The notes under the pieces were generated by a model that saw nothing but the letters and a program-made list of their open reading frames with translations, had not been told where the DNA came from and searched no databases. A DNA stretch of 64,000 nt from Opitutaceae bacterium (GTDB taxonomy: Bacteria > Verrucomicrobiota > Verrucomicrobiia > Opitutales > Coraliomargaritaceae): NCBI GenBank assembly GCA_051252375.1, contig JBPOFY010000002.1, forward strand, positions 544,001 through 608,000, in the 5' to 3' direction. Of this stretch, positions 1-10,618 are shown one piece after another. Within the stretch, counting starts at the first letter, position 1. Each line of letters begins with the position of its first letter. The translations under genes were made by a program, and so were the position numbers.

Positions 1-1308
1 GACAGCATCACCTACCAGCAGGACATACATGATAGTGTCGCATTCCGTATCGGCGCCATCCATGAAACACTCGGCGAATACGGCAAAATGGCGGCACACT
101 TCAACGCGTATATCGATACCTATGGCGAAACTGGTCGCCTAACAGATGCGATCTTCGAACTCGGTCGTGCGTATGAATTCAACCTAGAGCCGACAAAGAT
201 GCTTCAGCTCTACAGCGAAAACATTCGCAAGTATATCGGCAACGCCAGCAACTCAGGCGTCGACACACTAATCGAAGGTTACGCAGAAAAATTCGAAACC
301 AATAAAGCCATGCTGGAACGCACCGTGGCTTTCCTCGATCAACTCGATAACGATCAAGAATTCCGCACAAAGATCGTCACCGACCGCGGCTTCCTCTTTG
401 AGCATTTCTACGTCAATCCGACACTGGAACAATCGCTCTATAATAAACTCCGCAATCATCCTGCATTCACCGATGCACTGCTTGAGGACCTCTCGCCTAT
501 AAACGAGATCACTGCGGTCTATCGCAACGAGCTAGCAGCCTTCCCTACCGAGACACCGGAATCACTCTTCCGCGATCTACTCGCCAAGCACAAGACCGGC
601 AAAAACTTCATCGCTGAAGCACGCTCGCTCATGGGTCTCTACCGTCTCGAAGTCGAGCTCGCCCCATCCATGCGCTACGATCAGGACCTACTCGATCAAG
701 CCACTCCGCGTGTCATTCTTTATGTTGCCGACTTTGAGCGCAATAAGCGCAAGGACTTCGCAGTTCAGGCATGGCAACAAATCTTAAAACGATTCCCGCA
801 AGATGACGCCACGATCGTCGCTTACATGCGCTTGGCGGATGTCGCAGCCGACGACAAAGATTTAAAAGGCGCACTGAATTACTTGGAAATGATCCTCACT
901 CAGTTTTCCGGATCACCACAGATCCCGGCAGTCATCCTTCGCCAAGGAGAATTGCTCTCCGAAATGGGCGACGGTAAAGGCGCCCGCGAAAAATACCAAT
1001 ATATCCTACGCGTGCCGGATTGGCGCGGCATCCTACACGCCACAGCACTCTTCCAAACAGGCGAGGCCTACATGGCAGAGAATGCTTATGCCGAAGCACA
1101 CGGTTTCTTCGAACGCACCTTCCTCGGCTATGCTCAATTCAATGAGCTCTGCGCTAAAGCTTACCTACGCGACGCTGAAGCACTCGTCGGCATGGGTGAA
1201 CGCGCCAGCGCTGTCACCACTCTACAAGAAGCTGTCGATACCCTCGGTGCTGTTGCCCCCGATGAAATCATGTCATCGATCAAATCCAAACTAAGGGAGT
1301 TGAAATAA
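1..1308 (+). CDS. Large TPR-repeat protein, 5'-truncated by the window edge
   Basis: Frame is open from base 1 to TAA at 1306-1308. Helical TPR-like repeats (ALFQTGEAYMAENAYAEAHGFFER, AYMRLADVA). Confidence 0.75.
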   Translation, partial: DSITYQQDIHDSVAFRIGAIHETLGEYGKMAAHFNAYIDTYGETGRLTDAIFELGRAYEFNLEPTKMLQLYSENIRKYIGNASNSGVDTLIEGYAEKFETNKAMLERTVAFLDQLDNDQEFRTKIVTDRGFLFEHFYVNPTLEQSLYNKLRNHPAFTDALLEDLSPINEITAVYRNELAAFPTETPESLFRDLLAKHKTGKNFIAEARSLMGLYRLEVELAPSMRYDQDLLDQATPRVILYVADFERNKRKDFAVQAWQQILKRFPQDDATIVAYMRLADVAADDKDLKGALNYLEMILTQFSGSPQIPAVILRQGELLSEMGDGKGAREKYQYILRVPDWRGILHATALFQTGEAYMAENAYAEAHGFFERTFLGYAQFNELCAKAYLRDAEALVGMGERASAVTTLQEAVDTLGAVAPDEIMSSIKSKLRELK

Positions 1309-2426
1309 TGAGCCGCCCATTTTCCAACCATACTCGCAAGATGTATCGCATTACCTTAAAAGCTATTCTGATCGGATCCCTTTCGGTCGGACTACTCCAC
1401 TCAGCTGTCGCGCAAAATAAATATTGGCAGCAATACGGCAGCCTCCCTGTCTTAATGCAGCAGCAAAACAACGGCTCCACACAGGTGCTCAAGTTTGTAA
1501 CCTTTAAAGATGGCCTACTTGTAGCCGAACTCGATGGCGGCGTCGGCGAAGTCTCCCTCCCCGTCAGTGAGTCCATGGTCAAATCACTACGCCTTGCGGT
1601 GGACACAGAAAAAGCGCGGGCACTAATTGACGCAGAAGACTACACAACCGCAGTCACATTACTTCGCCCTGAAGTTTACCCGTTGATTAAGTTCCATCAG
1701 GTCCCCGACACCTTCGTCGCCCTGCACGTCCCGATTCAATTACTGATCAATACCTTGATCAGAACCGGAGAGCTGAACGAAGCCGAAGACATCATTGACC
1801 GTATTGCGCTCACCCAGGTCGGCATTGCCTACAGCCATTGCACGATCCGTTTGATGAACGCATACATTGAGACGAAAGACTTCAACTCCGCTGCACGTAT
1901 CGCGAAAATATTACCAGTCGACGGTATCTACACTCCGAACATGTCGGCCGTTGCCGATGCAGCAGACGCCCTTCGCGGTGCGGGTCAATACGAAGAAGTC
2001 ATTCCACTCTATCGTGCGATGGAAGAAGTGGTGACCGGAGAAGCACTCGACAACGTCAAGATGTGGCTCGCCTACAGCTTGGTTCTATCCGACAACCTCG
2101 CAGAAGCGACACCGATGATCGATGCGATGGAAGAGCCAGAGCCTAAAGAGCGACTCTTCTCACTCTACAAATTGCTACAAGGCTCCAAGGCGCATCGCGA
2201 AGAACGCTACAAAGATGCGCTCGACCTACTCACCAGAGGCTTCGTCCGCGCACAGACCTCCTACGTGTGGGTGCCTGAAATGCTCTATCTAATTGGTGAC
2301 TGCTATGCTCGCGCAAACGACAACACTGCAGCGCGCAATGTATGGACTGAAATCGTCATCCTTTACCCCGACTCTCCTTGGGCCGCAAACGCTCAAACAT
2401 CACTTGATAAGTTACCTAAATCTTAA
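1308..2426 (+). CDS. Exported TPR-repeat protein
   Basis: TAATG overlap with upstream stop. Signal-peptide-like N-terminus (start may be the ATG at 1341). C-terminal TPR (EMLYLIGDCYARANDNTAARNVWTEIVILYPDSPWA). Confidence 0.75.
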   Translation: MSRPFSNHTRKMYRITLKAILIGSLSVGLLHSAVAQNKYWQQYGSLPVLMQQQNNGSTQVLKFVTFKDGLLVAELDGGVGEVSLPVSESMVKSLRLAVDTEKARALIDAEDYTTAVTLLRPEVYPLIKFHQVPDTFVALHVPIQLLINTLIRTGELNEAEDIIDRIALTQVGIAYSHCTIRLMNAYIETKDFNSAARIAKILPVDGIYTPNMSAVADAADALRGAGQYEEVIPLYRAMEEVVTGEALDNVKMWLAYSLVLSDNLAEATPMIDAMEEPEPKERLFSLYKLLQGSKAHREERYKDALDLLTRGFVRAQTSYVWVPEMLYLIGDCYARANDNTAARNVWTEIVILYPDSPWAANAQTSLDKLPKS

Positions 2427-2466
2427 GCCTCTCAAAACCACTTAGCTTTCTAAAAACACAACCGCT

Positions 2467-3255
2467 ATGAAAAAAACAACGTTCCGCCTCATCCCCTCAT
2501 TCTTCGCCATCGCGCTCTTTGTCGGCGTCACACAATGGACGATCACCCAAAGCCTCCAAGCTCAAGACACGCCAGCAGCTGAAACCGCAGTAGAAGGTGA
2601 AGAAGCTGGCCCAGTCCAAGGAGAGAAGTCACTTATCGACATGTTCAAAGCTGGTGGCTTGGCCATGTATCCGTTGATGCTCCTTTCGATCTCCGGATTT
2701 GGACTGATCGTTTATAACTTCATGGCAGTTAAAGCGGGCCCCATCCTCAAAATAGACGTAGCCGCCGAAATCGAAGAAGCCCTTAAGGTGGTCGACCTCG
2801 AAAAAGCCAAAACCCTTTGCGATGAAAACCCAGCCCCGATGACAAATATCTTTGGTGCTGGCCTCGTCCGTGTAGACGTCAACGACTACAATGCAGAGCA
2901 AGTCAAAGAAGCCGTCGAAGAAGCCTCGGCTGAAGAACTCGCCGGACCATACATTCTTATTAATTACCTCTCCGTTATCGGTTCACTCTCACCGATGGTC
3001 GGTCTCCTCGGAACCGTTTCTGGTATGGTCAAGGCCTTCAACGTGATCGAAGCGGAAGGCGCCGGTAGTGCCCAAGCACTTGCGGGTAACATTTCGGAAG
3101 CGCTCATCACCACCGCAACTGGTATGATGGTCGGTATTCCCGCCATGTTCTTCTTCTTCTTCTTTAAGAATCGCTACGGCAAGATCACCTCACGTGTCGG
3201 CCGTATCGTGGGTGACCTACAGTTCACAATGAACACTGCGATTAAAAATCGTTAA
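2467..3255 (+). CDS. exbB: MotA/TolQ/ExbB proton channel family protein
   Basis: Motifs SPMVGLLGTVSGMVKAF and ISEALITTATGMMVGIPA. Confidence 0.9.
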   Translation: MKKTTFRLIPSFFAIALFVGVTQWTITQSLQAQDTPAAETAVEGEEAGPVQGEKSLIDMFKAGGLAMYPLMLLSISGFGLIVYNFMAVKAGPILKIDVAAEIEEALKVVDLEKAKTLCDENPAPMTNIFGAGLVRVDVNDYNAEQVKEAVEEASAEELAGPYILINYLSVIGSLSPMVGLLGTVSGMVKAFNVIEAEGAGSAQALAGNISEALITTATGMMVGIPAMFFFFFFKNRYGKITSRVGRIVGDLQFTMNTAIKNR

Positions 3256-3278
3256 TCCCCTAACCAAATAATTAACCG

Positions 3279-3683
<405 letters not shown>

Positions 3684-3686
3684 ATT

Positions 3687-4118
3687 ATGGCTGTAAACAA
3701 AATTCTAGAGTCCGAAGATAGAGTCGACATCACACCGATGATCGACGTCGTCTTCCTCCTGTTGATTTATTTCATGTTCCTGCCACTCCAGCAGGAAGCA
3801 GATATCGGCATCAAGCTCCCCAGCGATGCGCCACCAGCTGAGAACCTTGAGCTCCCCAGCGAGCACATTGTTGAAGTCTTCCCCAACGGGTTGATTCTTC
3901 TAAACGGTGCCCCGATGGACTCGGTCAATGACCGGGACATGGCCAAGCTCTCATACACGCTTACTCGCTTGCGCACATCTTCCGACCGCGCAGGGATCGA
4001 CACCGTCGTCAAGATCCAAGCCGACCCCGACTCCCCGCACCAGCGCTCGATCGACGTGCTAAATGCCTGTGCCAGAGCCGAGATCACAAAGGTCTCCTTC
4101 GCCTCATACGGACTCTAG
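3687..4118 (+). CDS. exbD: ExbD/TolR family protein (second copy)
   Basis: Motifs ITPMIDVVFLLLIYFM and IQADPDSPH. Confidence 0.88.
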   Translation: MAVNKILESEDRVDITPMIDVVFLLLIYFMFLPLQQEADIGIKLPSDAPPAENLELPSEHIVEVFPNGLILLNGAPMDSVNDRDMAKLSYTLTRLRTSSDRAGIDTVVKIQADPDSPHQRSIDVLNACARAEITKVSFASYGL

Positions 4119-4144
4119 TCTACACGAGTTAAATCACATTACAC

Positions 4145-4178
4145 AAAAGCCCCCACAGTTACCTGTGGGGGCTTTTTT
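4145..4178. terminator. Bidirectional intrinsic terminator
   Basis: AAAAGCCCCCACAG-TTAC-CTGTGGGGGCTTTTTT between the convergent exbD and pilT genes. Confidence 0.85.
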
Positions 4179-4221
4179 ATTTGGTCTGACGCAGCGAGTT
4201 ATACCACCCCTAAAAGTGGTA

Positions 4222-5271
4222 TTATACAGTCACCTTGAAACGAGCCTTATCGATCGCCTTCATATAAGCCTCTTCCTGAGAGATCAGACCTTCATCCAAC
4301 AGCTCAGAAAGCGAAGCATCCATCGAGATCATTCCTTGGTCACGGTTTTGATCGATAATATTACGGATACTGGAAAGCGCACCCTTTCGGATACAGTGTG
4401 GCAAACCACTGTGCATTAGCAAAATTTCATGCACCGCAACACGACCACCATCCACTTTTTGACAAAGCAACTGCGAGACGACCGCACGCAAGGAATCGGC
4501 CAGCATGATACGCGTCTGATTCTGCTCCGCGTCAGGGAATGCATCAATAATACGGTCAATCGTCTTGGTCGCATTATTTGTATGAACCGTCGCAAAAACC
4601 AACATGCCCATCGCAGCGCAATTCAACGCAAGACGGATCGTTTCCATGTCACGCATTTCCCCGATCAAAATCACATCCGGATCGGCTCGAATCGCACCGC
4701 GCAGGCCCTTGGCAAACGTCTTGGTATGCTCACTCACTTCACGGTGCAGGATCGTGCTGTTCTTATCCGTATGCGTAAACTCAACCGGATCTTCTAAAGT
4801 AATAATCTGCTTTGAGGTGTTCTCATTGATATGGTCAATGATCGCCGCCAATGTAGTGGACTTACCACTACCAGTGGGACCGGTCACCAGAACCAATCCA
4901 TCCGCATAGCCGGCAATATCCTTAAGCGCTGCCGGTAAATTAAGCTCATCAAGGCTCGCAATACGTGAAGGAATCTGGCGCAAAACCGTCGCTATGCCGT
5001 GGCTATTGCGAAACAAATTCATCCGAAAACGGGCGTGCCCAGGTATCTCATGAGCCAAATCGGCGTCCCCATCCCGCTGGAAAACCTCCCAACGATTCGG
5101 AGGGGTCACCTCTTTTAGCATTTTTTCCATGTGAGGCGCATCGACCACGCGCTCCCCCAATGGGAACACCTCGCCATCAATACGGATTTTAGGGACAGCA
5201 CCGACTGAGAGGTGAAGGTCTGAGCCGCCTTTAGCGAGCATTTCGATAAGAAGTTGATCCAAATTTTCCAT
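4222..5271 (-). CDS. pilT: PilT/PilU family type IV pilus retraction ATPase
   Basis: GSDLHL, Walker A GPTGSGKSTT, EDPVE, DPDVILIGEMRD, ATVHT. Confidence 0.9.
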   Translation of the reverse strand: MENLDQLLIEMLAKGGSDLHLSVGAVPKIRIDGEVFPLGERVVDAPHMEKMLKEVTPPNRWEVFQRDGDADLAHEIPGHARFRMNLFRNSHGIATVLRQIPSRIASLDELNLPAALKDIAGYADGLVLVTGPTGSGKSTTLAAIIDHINENTSKQIITLEDPVEFTHTDKNSTILHREVSEHTKTFAKGLRGAIRADPDVILIGEMRDMETIRLALNCAAMGMLVFATVHTNNATKTIDRIIDAFPDAEQNQTRIMLADSLRAVVSQLLCQKVDGGRVAVHEILLMHSGLPHCIRKGALSSIRNIIDQNRDQGMISMDASLSELLDEGLISQEEAYMKAIDKARFKVTV

Positions 5272-5283
5272 GTTTATTATAAA

Positions 5284-6654
5284 TTAGTCCTCAGGGTTTG
5301 AACGGTTGGCATCAGCCACCTCTTCGGTGATTCGACCTTCCTCTAAAAGCACATCGATCGACTCATTGATTGTGCGCATACCTTGTTTCCGACCCGACTG
5401 CATCGCACTTTCCAAGCCCGTGTCCTTACCGTCTCGAATGATGTTGGCCACCGCATTGGTATTGATGAGCAACTCGCAAGCGAGCACCACCCCATCATCC
5501 ACAGAAGGAATGAGACGTTGGCATAAAATACCACGGAGCGAGCCCGCAGTCATCGCACGGATCTGATTTTGCTGGGTCGCAGGAAACACATCGAGCAATC
5601 GATTCAAAGTAGATTGCGCATCGCGCGTGTGCATCGTTGCAATCACGAGGTGCCCGGTCTCCGCTGCAGTCACCGCCATCTCAATCGTGGCAAGGTCACG
5701 CATTTCTCCGATAATAATGATATCCGGGTCCTCACGCAGCGCCGACTTCAAGGCACTTTGAAACGACTTCGTATCACGCCCCACCTCACGCTGTGTCACG
5801 ATACTGTTCTGCGATTGCTGCATCACCTCAATCGGATCTTCAACCGTGATGATGTGCTCTTTACGATTCACGTTCAATTCTTGCACGAGACTCGCCAATG
5901 TCGTGGTTTTACCGCTACCGACTGGGCCAGTCACCAAAATGATCCCATTATGGTAGCTCAATAATTTACGAATATCGGCTGCATTCGGGAAACCCAGTTC
6001 TTCGAGCGACTGTAAATGATCTGCAACGATACGATAAACCCCAGCGATACCGTTTTTCTGCTCCATCACATTCGCACGGAAACGCATGCGACACCCGTCA
6101 TCTGCGCTACCAATTGTCAGTGCGTAATTCAAATCCCATTCCGCTTCGAACTCCTGGCGCTGAGCTTCAGTCAACAGCACGTAATTCATACGCCGAGCCA
6201 AGGTGTCGGGCAAGATTTCCTGCGATAAATAAACAATCTTTCGGTGGTGCCGCACTCTTGGGCGCGCGCCTCCGGTGATATGTAGGTCACTGACTCCTAC
6301 CTTTTGGCAAGTTGCGAAGATCGAATTCATCGCTTCACGGAGAGCTGCATCATCCATCGCCGCCAAATCATCATAAGCAGGAAAATCTCCAAAATCTGCG
6401 ATACCTGGATTGACGACCACATCGGTCGGCAGCACCGGCAACTCATAACCTTCTTGAGCATTTTGAATCGCGATCGCTGTCGCGTCCTTCAAAAAGTTTT
6501 CATCATGCACCCAGCCGGTCTTTGCGAGTAAGTCAGCGCATTTCTGGGCATCTGTGCTGTCGTCGAGGTTTTTAATTAAGCCAGTCAACTGCGCCTTAGA
6601 AAGGAGCGCGTTTTCATGACAAAAGTGAAGGAGCCAGTGGGTATCAGGACGCAT
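5284..6654 (-). CDS. pilT: PilT/PilU family ATPase with ~100-aa N-terminal extension
   Basis: VSDLHI, GPVGSGKTTT, EDPIE, LREDPDIIIIGEMRD, TGHLVIATMHT. Confidence 0.88.
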   Translation of the reverse strand: MRPDTHWLLHFCHENALLSKAQLTGLIKNLDDSTDAQKCADLLAKTGWVHDENFLKDATAIAIQNAQEGYELPVLPTDVVVNPGIADFGDFPAYDDLAAMDDAALREAMNSIFATCQKVGVSDLHITGGARPRVRHHRKIVYLSQEILPDTLARRMNYVLLTEAQRQEFEAEWDLNYALTIGSADDGCRMRFRANVMEQKNGIAGVYRIVADHLQSLEELGFPNAADIRKLLSYHNGIILVTGPVGSGKTTTLASLVQELNVNRKEHIITVEDPIEVMQQSQNSIVTQREVGRDTKSFQSALKSALREDPDIIIIGEMRDLATIEMAVTAAETGHLVIATMHTRDAQSTLNRLLDVFPATQQNQIRAMTAGSLRGILCQRLIPSVDDGVVLACELLINTNAVANIIRDGKDTGLESAMQSGRKQGMRTINESIDVLLEEGRITEEVADANRSNPED

Positions 6655-6956
6655 ATAATGTAAAGAAACGTCAAAAAAGACGTGAGACGTAGGTGGGTTA
6701 AAAAATGATTCGTGCGAAGCACACGCGGGGATCTATCAAAATGACAAGTATCCACTCATAAATCAAGTCAGATGCCCCTTGGTTTTAGATATAAACAGCG
6801 TATTCTCGGGATAGTCAGACACGAGCGAGATGTTAATATACATCACACGCTGCATTCCCAGACTATCGTTATGCACAGATAAGTAGTAATATACTCAACC
6901 AGCCGTAATTTCACTTGTGAAACGGCACGCTCAATTAAAGATAACGCCTTACATTT

Positions 6957-7928
6957 ATGAACAGCCCCACAAGCAATATTTCCGAAACGCTGCAAAACAT
7001 CCGTAAGGAGGTCGGCAAAGTTGTCGTTGGTCAGGAAGCACTGGTCGAGCGTCTACTGCTCGCCCTGCTCTGCAACGGTCACGTGCTTCTCGAAGGTGTC
7101 CCCGGTGTCGCTAAAACGCTCACGGTCAACAGCCTCGCCAAGGCAATCCATGCGGGATTCGGACGCATCCAGTTTACTCCCGACCTTTTACCGGGCGATT
7201 TAACCGGCACACTGGTTTACGATCCGCGCAATCATACCTTTACGCCCGAGAAGGGGCCGATCTTCACAAACCTACTACTTGCCGACGAAGTGAATCGCGC
7301 ACCTGCCAAAGTGCAAAGTGCACTACTAGAGGCCATGCAGGAGAAGCAGGTAACCTTGGGCAAAGAGACGTTTGACCTCCCAAAACCCTTCCTCGTGCTC
7401 GCAACTCAAAATCCGATCGAGCAAGAAGGCACCTATGCTCTGCCAGAAGCGCAAGTTGACCGCTTCATGTTTAAGCTAAAGGTCGGCTATCCTTCGATGG
7501 ATGAAGAGCTAATCGTCATGCAACGCATGGCCAACACCCAGCCATTGCTCGACATCACCCCCATCCTGACGATCGAAGAACTCATGCAAATGAGAGCCGA
7601 ACTTGAACAGGTTTTCATCGATGAGAAAGTAGAGCGCTACATCCTACGCTTGGTCGATGCGACCCGCCACCCGGAACGCTATGACTTGGACCTATCGCGC
7701 TATCTCCGCTTTGGAGCTTCCCCACGTGCCTCCATCTATCTCTCACTCGCCTCGCGCGGACATGCATTGATGCAAGGTCGTGACTATGCCACACCACAAG
7801 ATGTGAAAGATGTTTCGCACGACATCCTCCGCCATCGTATGGCGATCTCATATCGCGCGGAAGCCGAATCCATTACCTCGGACGGTCTACTCGATCAAAT
7901 CCTCGCGAAAGTGCCGGTGACTGAATAG
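6957..7928 (+). CDS. moxR: MoxR family AAA+ ATPase
   Basis: HVLLEGVPGVAKT, RIQFTPDLLPGD, DEVNRAPAKVQSALLEAMQE, ATQNPIEQEGTY, GASPRA. Confidence 0.93.
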   Translation: MNSPTSNISETLQNIRKEVGKVVVGQEALVERLLLALLCNGHVLLEGVPGVAKTLTVNSLAKAIHAGFGRIQFTPDLLPGDLTGTLVYDPRNHTFTPEKGPIFTNLLLADEVNRAPAKVQSALLEAMQEKQVTLGKETFDLPKPFLVLATQNPIEQEGTYALPEAQVDRFMFKLKVGYPSMDEELIVMQRMANTQPLLDITPILTIEELMQMRAELEQVFIDEKVERYILRLVDATRHPERYDLDLSRYLRFGASPRASIYLSLASRGHALMQGRDYATPQDVKDVSHDILRHRMAISYRAEAESITSDGLLDQILAKVPVTE

Positions 7929-7958
7929 AGAAATCTCACACCGAGACACTCTTTTACC

Positions 7959-8828
7959 ATGTTAGACGATCTCGATCAGCGTCTCAATTTGCTGGAGCTT
8001 AAGTGCCGGCAACCTGTCGAGCATTTGCTTGCGGGAGAGTATCGCTCGGTCTTCCGCGGACGCGGCATTGAGTTTGAAGATGTGCGCGCCTACCAACCGG
8101 GTGACGATGTGCGCACGATGGACTGGAAGGTCACCGCTCGCACAGGCGAACCACACATCAAGCGCTACATCGAAGAACGCGAGCAGTTCATCTATCTTCT
8201 TGTCGATGTGTCGGCCTCAATGCGGCACGGCAGTCTCGGCAAAAAAGCACAAACAGTCTCCGAGATTTGCGCCCTCATTACTATGGCGGCGATTAAAAAT
8301 CAGGATCGTGTCGGGTTGATTCTGTTTAGCGACGAAATCGAACAAATCGTGCCACCAGCCAAAGGCCGCAGTCATGCCATGCGTATCATGGACGAGTTGG
8401 TTCATTTCCAACCAAAGAATAAAGGGACCAATTTCCTCGAAGCACTCGGACGTTTTGGGCACATGGCGCGCAAGCACTCCATCGTCTTTGTCGTATCCGA
8501 TTTCCTGACTGAAGACTACACGCGTGAATTGCAAAACCTCGCCTTTCGACACGATCTCAACGCGATACACATTGCGGACAATCCACTGCAAAAGGCAAAA
8601 GTCAGCGGCTTAGTCAGGATGGAAGACTCCGAAAGCGGTCAACAACATGTCATCGACACGGAGGCAGGCGCAAAGGGAGCCGCAACCCATACGCAAAAAC
8701 TGCAACAACAGATGATGGAGTCCGGCGTGAATCTCCTAAACCTGGAAGTGGGCGCTGACTGTGTCGAAGCCCTTGCGGGATTTTTCCATGAGCGGCAACG
8801 TCAAGTCGTCGACGAAACCGGGGGCTGA
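7959..8828 (+). CDS. DUF58 domain protein (MoxR-associated)
   Basis: GRGIEFEDVRAYQPGDDVRTMDWKVTAR and VDVSASM. Confidence 0.9.
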   Translation: MLDDLDQRLNLLELKCRQPVEHLLAGEYRSVFRGRGIEFEDVRAYQPGDDVRTMDWKVTARTGEPHIKRYIEEREQFIYLLVDVSASMRHGSLGKKAQTVSEICALITMAAIKNQDRVGLILFSDEIEQIVPPAKGRSHAMRIMDELVHFQPKNKGTNFLEALGRFGHMARKHSIVFVVSDFLTEDYTRELQNLAFRHDLNAIHIADNPLQKAKVSGLVRMEDSESGQQHVIDTEAGAKGAATHTQKLQQQMMESGVNLLNLEVGADCVEALAGFFHERQRQVVDETGG

Positions 8829-8831
8829 ACC

Positions 8832-9596
8832 ATGTCACGCATCCTCATACTCTGCCTGCTTTCGCTGCACTGCTTCAATTTGACCGCATGGTCACTGGAT
8901 TACTCAAACGCAGGCATCAAGCTATCGATCGAGCCAGAGACTTGCGCACCGGGTGACATCATCCAGCTCACCGCCGAGATGACGCGTGCGGACTACGCAG
9001 AATTAGCGCTCAAAATACCAACACATCCGTCACTCCATTTCGTAGCACAAACAAACAGTCCGATAACTTACACGAACGGTCTCTACTCGCAGACTACAAT
9101 TTGGACGCTACAGCCAGTCCGATCAGACAGAATTGAGATCGCAAACATCATCGCCGAAATCAAGCAAGGCGAGCACATCGAAACAGTGAAGCTACCCACC
9201 CTTTCGGTCGTCGCACTGCCCGATGCAGCGCAAACTGACTCGGACGCTCCTATGCAATTGCCCGCAGCTTCAGAAGCGGTGAATCCGTCTAGCAGGCAAT
9301 GGCTGATCGCTGCATTTCTCATCCTACTGGCACTCACGATAAGCGGCATTGCATACCTACGCCGTCTAAAGGCACAACCCGAGCCACTCGCCCAAGACCC
9401 TGCCCCAACACTACAAGATTTACTCCAATCGCTTGAATCAGGGCAGCTCCCGACAAAGATGATCGAGCAGATCTTGGCGAATGATCAAATCACGCTATCC
9501 GAGTCCACTCGCGCCATTTTAGAGCGAGCGATCTACGCCTCCCACCCCGCGCCAGAGGTGCTGCTCGCAGCATTACAGAAGGAGGTAGCGAAATGA
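8832..9596 (+). CDS. Exported/membrane protein of the Bat-like operon
   Basis: Signal peptide, Ig-like beta region, one TM helix; lies between DUF58 and VWA genes. Confidence 0.6.
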   Translation: MSRILILCLLSLHCFNLTAWSLDYSNAGIKLSIEPETCAPGDIIQLTAEMTRADYAELALKIPTHPSLHFVAQTNSPITYTNGLYSQTTIWTLQPVRSDRIEIANIIAEIKQGEHIETVKLPTLSVVALPDAAQTDSDAPMQLPAASEAVNPSSRQWLIAAFLILLALTISGIAYLRRLKAQPEPLAQDPAPTLQDLLQSLESGQLPTKMIEQILANDQITLSESTRAILERAIYASHPAPEVLLAALQKEVAK

Positions 9597-10618
9597 GTTT
9601 CGTCTATCCATGGGTTTTACTGGGCATACCGCTAGTCCTTTGGCTACTGCGTCGTCGACGCGACCGCACATCGCTGGCAGTGCCTTCAATTCAACTTTGG
9701 TCGTCACAATCACCTGGGAAAGCTCGCTACTTATGGCTGCCCATCGCGCTGCGCCGCCTATCCATAATTTTACTACTCATCTCCATCGCACGCCCACAAG
9801 CAGGATCGACCTACAACATGGAAGTGACCGAGGGCATCGCGATTCAAATGCTCGTCGATGTATCCAGCAGCATGGATATGAATACGAAAAACATGGCTGG
9901 CAAAAATTCCAGTCGCATGGAAATCGCCAAACAACTAGTCGAGCAATTCATCGCCGGCAATGGAGCGGACCTCAAGGGGCGACCGAATGATTTAATCGGG
10001 CTAATCACTTTTGCCCGCTACGCCGACACCCGCAGCCCACTCACCTTTGGTCACGACGCGCTCCTCCAGATCGTGCGACAACTCGACATTCAAGAGCGCC
10101 CCAATGAAGACGGCACTGCTTATGGCGACGCGCTCGCGATTGCAGCCGCGCGATTGCGTGATCCGGCCGCGCTAAAATATGGCGGACAAGCTTTTGAAAC
10201 CGACGACATCAAGAGCCGCGTCATCATCCTACTCACGGATGGCGAAAACAACTCCGGCGCACACCTCCCCATTGAGTCTGCTGGACTAGCGAAGGAATGG
10301 GGCTGCCGCATCTATGCGATCAGTATGGGCGACACGAGTAGCAACCTCGACTCCGACAGCATACCAGGCAGCCTTAGCGCCGCAGAAAAAGTGCTGGAAC
10401 ATATCAGTATCGAAACCGGAGGAATCTTCCGACAAGCCAGCGATTTCGAATCACTACTATCCGTTTATTCAGAGATCGATCGCTTGGAACGCTCTGAAAT
10501 TTCCACCCGTAGCTTTGATCGTGTTGCCGAATGGTTTTGGTTACCCTTAGCGATCGCGTTCATCAGCTTACTGATCGCATTAACCCTTGAAGCAACTTGG
10601 TTGCGCGTCGTGCCATGA
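9593..10618 (+). CDS. batA: VWA domain protein, BatA-like
   Basis: N-terminal TM segments, [32 protein letters not shown] overlap with upstream gene. Confidence 0.85.
   Translation: MSFVYPWVLLGIPLVLWLLRRRRDRTSLAVPSIQLWSSQSPGKARYLWLPIALRRLSIILLLISIARPQAGSTYNMEVTEGIAIQMLVDVSSSMDMNTKNMAGKNSSRMEIAKQLVEQFIAGNGADLKGRPNDLIGLITFARYADTRSPLTFGHDALLQIVRQLDIQERPNEDGTAYGDALAIAAARLRDPAALKYGGQAFETDDIKSRVIILLTDGENNSGAHLPIESAGLAKEWGCRIYAISMGDTSSNLDSDSIPGSLSAAEKVLEHISIETGGIFRQASDFESLLSVYSEIDRLERSEISTRSFDRVAEWFWLPLAIAFISLLIALTLEATWLRVVP

Noticed and set aside
3148..3165. (TTC)n run in exbB as a phase-variation tract
   Set aside because: In-frame triplet repeat encoding poly-Phe at a TM end; slippage would not shift the frame.
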